Below, piece by piece: positions 37,285-64,000 of a stretch of DNA of 64,000 bases. Below the pieces are notes generated by a model that saw only the letters and a program-made list of their open reading frames with translations, was not told the DNA's origin and searched no databases. The stretch lies in NCBI RefSeq assembly GCF_009914755.1, contig NC_060925.1. One strand, 5' to 3'. The position numbers and the translations under genes were made by a program. Numbering within the stretch: position 1 is the stretch's first letter; each line of letters begins with the position of its first letter. The DNA comes from the human T2T-CHM13v2.0 reference genome, Homo sapiens.

Positions 37285-39050
37285 TAATAGAGATGGGGTT
37301 TCTCCATATTGGTCAGGCTGTTCTCGAACTCCCAACCTCAAGTGATCCACCCACCTCAGCCTCCCAAAGTGCTGGGATTACAGGCATGTGCCACCACACC
37401 TGGCCTATGGCTTTTTTTTTCCTCGAGACAGGGTCTCACTCTGTCACCCAGGCTGGAATGTAGTGGCGCCATCACAGCTCACTATAGCCTCAAACTCCTG
37501 AGCTCGAGTGATCCTCTCGCCTCAGCCTCCCAAGTAACTGGGACTACAGGCGTGCACCACCATGCCCAGCTAATTTTTTTTTTCTTTTTTAAGAGATGGG
37601 GTCTCCCTATGTTGCCCAGGCTGGTCTCAAATTCCTGGCCTCAAGCAACCATTATGGCCTTGGCTTCCCCAGGTGCTGGGATTAAAGGCATGAGCCACTA
37701 TGCCCAGCCTCCATTATGGCTTTCTAGTTTTGTTTCAAAGATTTGCGGTTTTGTCCTATTTGACTTTCTTCTCATTAAATGATAGCAACCTATAAACAGG
37801 ACAGAGTGTATGTGCTATTAAAAATCATCTCACTGCCTATCAAAGAAGCAGGAAAATGGAAGTGAAACTAAAGTAGAAACAGGCTTCAGAGGAGAGAGAA
37901 TAAATCTCTCAAAAATACCACTTATTATCTTGAATAAACTCTGGTTTGGCATCTTTTCCTCCTCTTCAGGATTACAAAAAACTTGCAGTGCTTTTTAACT
38001 TCTAACTGATGCCAAAGACTCAGGAGAAAAGGTTGTTTAGTAAGAATACACATTTTCAAGGAATTTAAAGAGTTTGGCAAAAACAACAAAGATTATTTCA
38101 TGCAGTAAGAAATGCTGAGCAACTATAATGTAACACTTTTCTTCACTCAGATTTTTTGACAGGTGGTAACTGCTTTATAAGTGAAAATTAAGTAAGTTAA
38201 ACTAAGCTACGTTAAGTTTAAGGAGGTATTTTATGCCTGCACAAGATGTAAAAAATGAATGTAAAATTAGTGTCTTCTACAAGTACAAAAATCGTTCACA
38301 GGGTAACTCTTTTCTCATTTGACTCCTCTGATAGTCCTGTGAGGTTAACAGGACAGGTGCTTTGATTTTATATCCTATTGTTACGGACTGAAAGAAAGAG
38401 CAGAACAATCAGAGCAGTAATAACTTGTCTGAGATCAAACAAGGTAATGTCAAAGCCCAAAGAGAATCCAAGTGTTATGAGACTCCCAGTCCCATGTTCT
38501 TTCACCTAAACCAACCTCTCCTATGTGGAAGCAAAATACTTGGGGGCAGGCAGTTGGAGGAGGAATAGCAATGTGCTGTTATGAGCACTGCCTAACTATG
38601 GTGCCTAACACAAAGTCAAATGGACCCAATCTAGCTCTGCAGAACCAGCCCATGGTCTTAGGGCAGGGGAGTCCTCCCACTGGAGGCTGTCCAAGCCTCT
38701 GACAATGCACTGCCTGAAGGACATCTCTGAACTATGGCTAGTTACTCAGGTCCTCATGTTCCAGGACCACTATTAGGGTCTATGCCAGACTCACAGTAAA
38801 GACACTCAACCCATACAACTCCCAAATACCCTTATGACAATATAACATCATCGGTTGCTTCGATAACACATATTTTCTCTCACAATTGCCTGTGCAATTC
38901 TCAAGTCTGCCTAAAAGATCACCCAAAAGTTACTTTACACCTTAGAGGCTAACTAATGCAAAATTCATTTGCGACTGTTAAAAAAGAACTTGGGTTCCAA
39001 TGAAACTAAAAACTCTCTCTAAGGCTGAATTCTAGGGTTGTCTATCGTAC

Positions 39051-39225
39051 CTGTTGCTGTGCAAGCTGGACTTGATACAACTGCTGCATGTACTGCTGAT
39101 AGTGTTGCTCCTGCAACTGGCGGATGAGAATTTGCTGCTGTTCGTAGTTCCCTGGATACTGTTGGGCTGCATACTGCTGGAACTGCACGGCAGTCTGGGA
39201 GTTTAAAGCTGCCATTATCTGCTGC
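39051..39225 (-). CDS. ACBD3: ACBD3 exon 5 (Q-rich domain, PI4KB-binding)
   Basis: Acceptor tttttag|G CAG CAG ATA ATG; encodes [58 protein letters not shown]; donor CAG|gtacga; 175 nt. Confidence 0.97.
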
Positions 39226-39943
39226 CTAAAAACATTAAAAATATATATACTAGTCTGGCTACAGGAGATTGTTCATGACAAAATAAAATGTCCTTATTAC
39301 TTACTTTTACAGTCTGTAACTCTTAAAAACAACTAAGCTAGTAATGTACACCAATTAGTATGTGTTCTGGGTCCAGAAGAAAGATTTAAGAAAATAAGCC
39401 TGGCCTCTAATTTTTTACTTAGGATTTTCCAGGAAAATTCGGGATGGAAGATAAGCATATGATCATCATCATCATGACCACCATCATAATTATTAACATT
39501 TATTGTGCCCTTACTATGTGCCATGCAGTGTTGAAAGTACTCACACATACTAACCCATTTAGTCCTCACAACAACCCTCTGACAGAGGGTTCAGTAACTT
39601 GCCCAAGACTATACTGCTAGCAGATGCTACAGCCTGATGCAAATCCAGGCAGTTTGGCTCTAGAGCTACACTAATTTACCACGATGCTTTAAGATGATGG
39701 ATTGTCATCTCTGACATAGATGAGGTATTTAACTGTTGGCTATGGCTTCTGTACCTAAATACATAAAAAACAGTAAGAGGCAGAAGAATAGCTGGAAGAT
39801 GTTACAGGTGGCCCTGGTAAGTATAAATAAAGCCAGTGAAAAATTAAGGGTCCACAGCATTTAATTTAAAGCCTGTCTTAATAGAGGAAATACTGAAAAT
39901 ATCTTGGCATGCTTAGTTTAGAGATACTCATATTCTTTTATAG

Positions 39944-40193
<250 letters not shown>

Positions 40194-40984
40194 TGATCCG
40201 CCCGCCTCGGCCTCCCAAAGTGCTGGGATTACAGGCATGAGCCACCACAGCCAGCAACCACATGCTTCTTAACTTACTTATGTGACCAACTTAACAGAGA
40301 CCTCAAAGCCATCTATTAATAGATAACAAAGCAAAGCCTCACAAACTCCTACATACAGCACAACATTCGATCCACCTAGGACAACCTCCCCCAAAAAAGA
40401 GCTGCATTCATAGTCTTTCTCCAAAGTTGAATGAGGGCCTGGATTAGTTTGAGGCTAGCACTAAACCTTTTTCTGAGGAACTACCCAGAAATAATGAGAA
40501 GAAATCAATGGACTCTCATGTTCTCTGGTTTAACCTACAAGCCATGCCACCCCTACAAACTCAGACTTACTTCCCAGTGTTTTATGGGTGTTAATCACTG
40601 CCTCCTTGTACCCACAGCTCCCTCTTGAAGAACCTGTCAGTCTCTGAGTCTCAAAGCCCTTACTGAGTAAGCAATAGTTGAAGCCTCCAAATCTTGTACT
40701 AAGGACTATAAATGGATATCTGACATAGACTGGACCAACAAGATTCTCTGTCCTGGGAAACTGCAACTGGGTCTCACAGATTCCAGCCAGTCTCTGTCAG
40801 ATGCATGGAAACATAGACCAAATAAATCCTCGGACAGCCTTGCATATGCCAAAGCAGACAGTTGACAATTTGCAGAGAGCAAGGATGAAGCAGAGACATA
40901 AGCTGAGAGAAGCAGAGACAAGAAACAGAGAGCGCAACCAAGCAACCTCAGCTCCTGCTTCCAATCTCTGGGTTCTGCAAGTGA

Positions 40985-41137
<153 letters not shown>

Positions 41138-41401
41138 TAGGTGGGATTACAGGCATATGCCACTGCGCCCAGCTAATTTTTTGTATTTTTAATAGAAACA
41201 GGGTTTCACTGTGTTAGCCAGGATAGTCTCCATCTCCCAACCTCAGGTGATCTCCCAACCTCAGGTGATCTGCCCGCCTCCGCCTCCCAAAGTGCTGGGA
41301 TTACAGGCGTGAACCACCACACCTGGCCCGCTCATTTCTTATTTTTATTCTATTTTTTTTCCATTTCTCATTTTAAAACATAAGCCACATAATAAACTTA
41401 C

Positions 41402-41560
41402 TTTTGCTGCTCCAACCGAAGCCTTTCTTCTTCTATCCGTCTCCTTTCCTCTTCCTCCCGTCGAAGCCTTTCCTCTTCTTCTCTCCTACGTTTCTCTTCC
41501 TCCTTTTGCAGACGTTCTCTTTCTTCCTCTTCACGCCGCCTTCGCTCCTCTTCCTCCTTC
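41402..41560 (-). CDS. ACBD3: ACBD3 exon 4 (charged E/R/K region)
   Basis: Acceptor ccttgtag|G AAG GAG GAA; encodes [52 protein letters not shown](K); donor AA|gtaagt; 159 nt. Confidence 0.97.
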
Positions 41561-43982
41561 CTACAAGGCAAAGATAGAGAATGAACCCTATACGTTGAAT
41601 CCTGTTTAAAAATAAAACTTTAGCTCCCAGGGAAAACTGACATGACCTTTTTAGAGAACAATGTGGATATATACATCAAAATTTAAAATACATACACTTT
41701 ACTAGCAGAAACTTATAGGGAATCAATCGCACAATATACAAATCACATCAAGAATAATTATTGTTGCACAGCAACAGAAATGTGTCCATCATAAGAAACT
41801 ACTTAAGTCATTATGATATTCCTATACCCTGAAGGATCCCCTCTAATATATGCTCACAGCACTAAAAGCTTTTCCTTCATAATACCTGCTGTCATTATAA
41901 TTAAATTTGTGTGATACATTCAGCAATAGATCTGCATTACCCATTAAACTAGATGCTCCATAGGGGAAGAGACTGCCTATCTCACACCACGACATCCTCA
42001 GGGCTTAGCACAGTGCTGGAAAGAACAAGCACTCGACAAACGTGTACAGAAGTAAAAAATCCACCCTGAAATATCGCAGAGCCAAAGGATAGAAATACAT
42101 TGCCTAATATGTAAAGACATGTAATACACTTGCTTAATGAAAAAAAAAAAGGTGAATACAAAGGAAAAGATCTGGAAGGACATACCCTAAATTTATCAGT
42201 TATTATCTATGCAGAGGAGAGTGGAATTAAAAGAAATGTGGGAAAAAAGATTTTTTTCAGTTTGTGTTTCATATACTGCCATAAATGAAAATTTTATATT
42301 GCATATATTTGTGTATTATTTCTGAAATTAAAATTTTTTGTAAAGCTTTTAATTTAAAAAAGAACGGTTAACCTCTCAGGGCAGCCCTTGCCCAGCTTTC
42401 ACCCACCCCACAAGACCCTTCCAAAAAGAACAGATCCTATTGTGCTAGGAATGGACATCTTCCGGGTCTGAGAGTGGTATGGTGTTCAGGGAGCCTGCAG
42501 ACAGGATGAAAGGGAAGATTTCTAAGGAGTATCAGATAAGACACTATTTCATGAACCTACCACGAGAATTGTCTGGGCTACCTCACCTTTCTCCCCTCTA
42601 ACTCCTATAAGTGATTAACAACTACCTGAGCCACAGCCAAGTCTCAAAATATTGTAATAACATGACCTATTTTTTTTTTTTTTTTGAGACAGGGTCTCAC
42701 TCTGTCACCCAGACTGGAGTGCAGTGGCACATTCTTGGCTCACTGCAACCTCCGCCTCCCAGGCTCAAATGATCCTCCCACCTTAGCCTCCTGAGTAGCT
42801 GGAATTACAGGGACCTGTAACCACATCCGGCTAATTTTTGTATTTTTTTTTTGTAGAGATGGGGTTTTGCCACGTTGCCCAGGCTGGTCCTGAACTCTTG
42901 GACTCAAGTGATCTGCCCGCCTCGTTCTCCCCAAGTGCTGAGATTACAGATGTGAGCCACCACAGGCGTGAGCCACTGCACCCGGCCATGACCTACTTTT
43001 AATGTGTCACAGCTGGTACAGAGCAAGAAGGTTCACAAGCCAGAGCTTAAGCTTCAGGATAGATGAAGTCTACTCTTAAACACTTTAAAATAATTCTATG
43101 TGGACTTTATCCCATGACAAAAGTATATTTTTAAAACGAAAACGCAGCTCTATATGTTGAGTAGTAACTTTTGACAATGCTTAAGAGAAATATGCATATA
43201 TATCATTAAAATAAGAACTTAAAAAGCAATATATAGATACTTCTACAGACACCCTAGCGATACCTGATTGATCCAACATCACTACACAATGGACTGTAGG
43301 ACATAAATCAATTTTCCAGTTAAAGAAATCTCATTCTTTTCTCATAAGAATCAAAACCTTTCCTTTAGATTAAAAAAAAAAATTTCTTTGGATAAATATC
43401 TTCTGAAAATGTAATCAAGCAATTTCCTATTATCTTAAATAGGAATAAATCATATCTAATGTTCCATCTCTTGATAACTCAGGGGTTACAGCTGTAAACA
43501 TAAAAATTGTACATCATACTATTGTAATGGAGAAGTTTACCTTCATATTAAATGACCCCTGACTGCCATGCTTTTATAATTCTCGTGTCTATTTTTCATG
43601 CTTTCTATTATGTCCCTAATTATCAAGCTATTTTCTCTTCTAATCTGTTATTTCTAATCCAGGTTAAGGTAGGAAACCAGAGAATCAATTGTTTTTAAAG
43701 AATAACATCGGCTGGGCAAGGTGGCTCATGCCTGTAATCCCAGCACTTTGGGAGGACCAGGCGGGTGGATCACCTGAGGTCAGGAGTTTGAGACCAGCCT
43801 GGCCAACATAGTAAAACCTCATCTCTACTAAAAACACAAAAATTAGCTGGGTTGGTGGCAGGCACCTGTAATCCCTCTCCCAGCTACTCGGGAGGCTGAG
43901 GCAGGAGAACTGCTTGAACCCAGGAGGCAGAGGATTGTGTCACTGCACTCCGGCCTGAGCAATAGCAACAGAGCAAGACTCC

Positions 43983-44013
<31 letters not shown>

Positions 44014-44658
44014 GTATAACATAACCTGAAGAAAAATTGGTTTTGTAGCATCATTTTCATCACCTAAAATTTTAGATAGTCAAAATTGATGAAAATATAG
44101 CCACTAGAAAAATAAGGTGTAACTATAATTCTAATTCACTACTACAACAGAGAATCCCATAAGCATAAACAGCACATTCAGTAGCTCCTCCTCCAAAACT
44201 TGAAAATAATCAATAAGCCAGCTGGAAGCCAAAGCCAACATGAATGTCTATATAAGGTAGCATAGTTGCAAACCATGAAATGGAGCATGAGGATTCTAGA
44301 AGCTCGAGGGAGACTGCAACAAAGGGTATGTCAGACCAGAGGATAGGGAGGAGGGAGTGGTTGAGTTTATGGTGGGGCTTATTCAGAAACTTAGTGTAAT
44401 AAAACAAAAGGAAGGCTGCCATGATGGATGGGAGGTTCCTTTTAAAGGCACGGCCAGTAGGAAGCAGTCCTCCCTCCCCCCAAAACTTATAATACAAGTA
44501 CCTGTTCACATCAGGAAGTTTGAACAATTGCCACAAGAAATGGGGATCCAAGGAAAGCAAGACACCTGATCTAGAACTAGAACAGACACTCTACAAAACA
44601 AAAGCATCAGTACACTGGGCTGCGCAGCAATAAAGTATTCCATGCCCTCAAACTTCAC

Positions 44659-44799
44659 CTTTTTTTGTCTTGCTCTTCCTTCTCTATTTTGTGGGACGCA
44701 ACATATGTTGAAAAGAGATGGCAACACCTATTTAAGAGCTTGACAAACTCCACCATGGCATCCTCTTTAGACATGTTTCCCAGGGCTGCCCATTCTCTC
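44659..44799 (-). CDS. ACBD3: ACBD3 exon 3 (end of ACB domain)
   Basis: Acceptor ccttacag|G AGA GAA TGG; encodes [46 protein letters not shown]; donor AG|gtgaag; 141 nt. Not present in the ORF track in this frame. Confidence 0.97.
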
Positions 44800-45065
44800 C
44801 TGTAAGGAATAACAAGAAAAGTTACCTCCCCTTCTTAGTAGAATGAGAACTTTTAAATTTAAACCTAAATATGAATAATTCTCAATTGTAAGTAAAATGA
44901 ATGATTCTATTGGGAGCAAAAGGCTCAAAACTTCAAGTTTTAACAAGTATGTATTGATTTACTAAATTAGATACGCCACACACAATCCAAACAACTGCCT
45001 TGCTGATGATTCCCATATAGCAAAAGAGTATCAATTTTTCTTTTTTCTTTTTTTTTTTGAGATAG

Positions 45066-45212
<147 letters not shown>

Positions 45213-45728
45213 TAATTTTTAGTAGAGATGGGGTTTTACTATGTTGGCCAGGCTGGTCTTGAACTCCTGACCTCAAATGATCTACCCACCTCGGCCTCCC
45301 AAAGTGCCGGGATTACAGGCATGAACTGCCGCACCTGGCCTATTTTTCTTATATAATATTTGAGCCTTAATTAAACAAAAATACTCAATGTATTCTTTTT
45401 TTGTCACAATTTTTTTTATGCCTCAATAAGGGAATCAATTACTATATATTTTAAATGGCTACTTTTAATATTATTTGGGAAGAATCAAATGAAGCTCTAC
45501 TTGTCTTATGTTCATAATCAGATGAATACAGTTCTTCCACAATATTTAACCATAAACATCTCTAAGCTAAAAACAGATAAATATCTGAAGACTCCAGAAG
45601 CTGCAAGCAAAAATGTTCAGTTCTTATCCTAAGCTAATGAACCAGCTACTTACACCTTAACCAATACACATTGTACCCTTTGCCAACATTATCCTCATTA
45701 AATTCACTATACAGAAAAACACTGTTAC

Positions 45729-45870
45729 CTCCTGTCATTCCCCAACACATCAAAGAATCCAACCTCAGGACAAGTGTCTGGATTATATGGGCCCATAAGA
45801 ACTTGCTTATGCAGTGCCACAAGCTTCAATTTTTCTTCATAAGTTGGATGAAATGCTTTGCCATCTTTTT
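45729..45870 (-). CDS. ACBD3: ACBD3 exon 2 (acyl-CoA-binding domain)
   Basis: Acceptor tttcttatag|AA AAA GAT GGC; encodes (E)[46 protein letters not shown](R); donor AG|gtaaca; 142 nt. Confidence 0.97.
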
Positions 45871-46323
45871 CTATAAGAAAAAGAAACACAAAGAAAACAA
45901 TTAGCACAGGCAAAATACATAATTTTCAGCATTATATACTAAAGCTTTGCTACAAAGCATGTCACAAACTGCCTGTAATAGACACAAACACTAATAGTGA
46001 AATTTTTATTTCAATTACTACTTTTAAAAAATTTTTTTATTTTTAGACAGAGTCTCACTCTGTTGCCCAGGCTGGAGTGCAATGGTGTGATGAAGGCTCA
46101 CTGAAGCCTTGACCTCCGGGACTCAAATGACCCTCCCACCTCAGCCCCCCAAGTAGCTGGACTACACGTGCGTGCCACCAAACCTGTCTTTTGGCAGAGA
46201 CAGGGCTGCCCAGGCTGGTCTCGAACTTTTGGGCTCAAGCAAGCCTCTCGTCTTGGCCTCCTTTTCAAAACTGCTGGGATTTGAGCCAGCATGCCCAGCC
46301 CAATTACTACATTTTATTAATAA

Positions 46324-46593
<270 letters not shown>

Positions 46594-47889
46594 TGATTCT
46601 CCCGTCTCAGTATCCCAAAGTGCTGGCATTACAAGTGTGGACCACCATGCCTACCCTGAATTAGGTTGTAAAAATAAGCCAACTATCAATACTTATGCTA
46701 AAGCTACTACAGAAAAACCCATCTGTCAAGCTGCAGTCAGGCTACAGCCTTGACCTCCCAGGCTTAAGCAATCCTTCTGCCTCAGCCTCCCGAGAAGCTG
46801 GGACTACAGGCATGTGCCACCACATCTGGTTAATTTTTTACTTTTTGCAGAGACGATGTCTTACAATGTTGCCCAGACTGGTCTTGAACCCTGGGTTCAA
46901 GCAATCCTCCTGCCTCAGCCTCCCAAAGTGCTGGGATTACAGGTGTGAGCCACCATGCCCAGCCCAACAATCGGTTTTTAAAATAGCTTTTAAAAATAAT
47001 TTTTAGCCAAAAGAGAAAAGAAAAACTTAAAATAATTTTACATTAGTCCCTTTTAACATGATCATGCATAGAAGATTATGTACACTTTGAAAGGCTGTAT
47101 TCAAAAATGTATCCATCCCACTAAGGTAGTATAATGTGGTGGAAAAGGCTTTGGAATTGGATGGCCTGGGTTTAAATCTCAGCTGAGACACTTCCTAGCT
47201 ATGTGACTATTTAACCTCTCAGTTTATTCATCAATAAAGAAAGGGTTACCCTTCAGAGGTTGCTACTTCAGAGGTAATAGGATTATTATTATTACTAACT
47301 TATTAATGCTTTTCTTTCCTTCACCTGATTGGCTCTGGTAGGTTTCCATATAGGCAATTAAGAGTGCGACCAGTTTGACCAATAAAGACTAACTGCTACC
47401 AACATTTAAAAGCCGTATGAAATTGGGTTCTGGTAAAATGGGAAATATTCAGAGAACAGTTCCACTTCTTTGATAAATGGTAGCACTAACTACTGGTTGA
47501 TTCCAATGACAACAGACTACCAAATTTAAAGAAAACGGGGAAGGCACTTGAAAGTAGCATATGCTACTTATATGTCTCATTCATGTATATAGTGGTGAAA
47601 TAAAATCACTAATAAGTGAGAAGAATATGGGTTAAAGAACAGCAGGAAACTCAGAGAAGAAAAAATATAGAAGCTGCCAATAAACATCCAAAAAGATATT
47701 CAACCCCACTAGTCAAGAAATATAAATTAAAAGCATTAGATACCAAGACCCCCACCTCCCATCAGATAAACAAAAAAGTTAGATAACATCTAAAGTTATT
47801 AAGATCCTACAAACAGGTACCCATTCTCATATATGAATGCTGAAAGTATAAACTGTTATAGTTACCTTGAAGGTCAATTTGGCAATACA

Positions 47890-48207
47890 CAATAGTCCTT
47901 ATCTTATCCCCCAGTGGATGTTTAAGACTGCAGATAATATTGAACCCTACATATATTATGTTTTTCCTAAATGTACATACCTGTAATTTATAAATTAGAT
48001 ACAATAAGAGATTAACAATAAAATACTGTATTATATTTGTATATTGTAATTATATAACAATATACAACAACAAGTTATGTGAATGTGGGATCTCTGTCTC
48101 TCTCAAAATATCTGAATGTATTCTACTCACCTATTTTCAGACCTTGATTAACCCCGGGTATCTGAAAGAAGGGAAAGCAAAACCATGGACAAGGAGAGAC
48201 TCCTGTA
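47890..48207. mobile_element. Tigger2-like DNA transposon remnant
   Basis: Contains tgaaccctacatatattatgtttttcc and aagttatgtgaatgtgg, ending aaaaccatggacaaggagagactcctgta. Confidence 0.65.
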
Positions 48208-48392
48208 TTTCAAAACTATAAATGTGTATGCCCTATGATCCAGTCATTCCAGTTCTCATTACATATGCTTGACAAGCACTCTCAAATATATAAAAGGAGG
48301 CAGATACAAGGACATTCATTGCAGCACTATTTTCTTGTTACTGGAAATAACTTAAAAGGTTATCAATAAGGGAAAGTCGAAACAACGTGGTA

Positions 48393-48630
48393 CAGTCATG
48401 CTCTGCATAATGGCATTTCAGTAAAGGACAGATTGTTTATATGAGTGTAGTCCCATAAGATTATTATAATGGAGCTGAAATTTTCCTATGGCCTAGTGGT
48501 GTGGTAGCCACCATAACATGATGCAACATATAACTCAAGTATTTACGATGATGCTGGCGTTAAACTAACCTACTGTGCTGCCAGCTGTATAAAAGTATAT
48601 ATAGCACATACAACACATAATACTTGATGA
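48393..48630 (+). mobile_element. Tigger3 (Golem)-like remnant
   Basis: TA|CAGTCATG start and gtcccataagattattataatggagctgaaa. Confidence 0.7.
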
Positions 48631-48740
48631 CATTAATCATCAAATACTTGATAAGGATATTAATCACCAAAAGTTTTCTTACACTACTATGTCACAGGTA
48701 ATTATTAGAGAAACACAGCCCAGAACAACTTCCTTCTCAC

Positions 48741-64000
<15,260 letters not shown>

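Overview
Human/primate genomic DNA, very Alu-rich (about 65 Alu copies or fragments by eye, roughly 30% of the window). The only protein-coding gene is ACBD3 (GCP60/PAP7, which I recall maps to chr1q42.12) on the minus strand. Exons 2-8 reconstruct with GT-AG junctions and a continuous frame to TAA at 26476-26478. The ~1.9 kb 3' UTR ends near 24545, and exon 1 lies beyond the right edge of the window. The left 24 kb is intergenic. It holds a ~1.5 kb CpG island with no linked coding exon, two divergently oriented near-consensus CTCF motifs, a MER61-type solo LTR, an isolated (GCG)9 tract, a processed NDUFAF8 (C17orf89) pseudogene, a 20/23-bp minisatellite, a 4-kb-spaced local duplication and a 43-bp fold-back hairpin inside an Alu. 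Plus-strand splice and poly(A) signals fit an antisense transcript (ACBD3-AS1-like) across exon 6. Nearly all ORFs in the supplied track are Alu or GC-rich artefacts. I find no evidence of a new multi-gene biological system; the interesting items are regulatory and genome-evolution signals. Repeat family names, parent-protein sequences and variant identity come from memory and need database confirmation.
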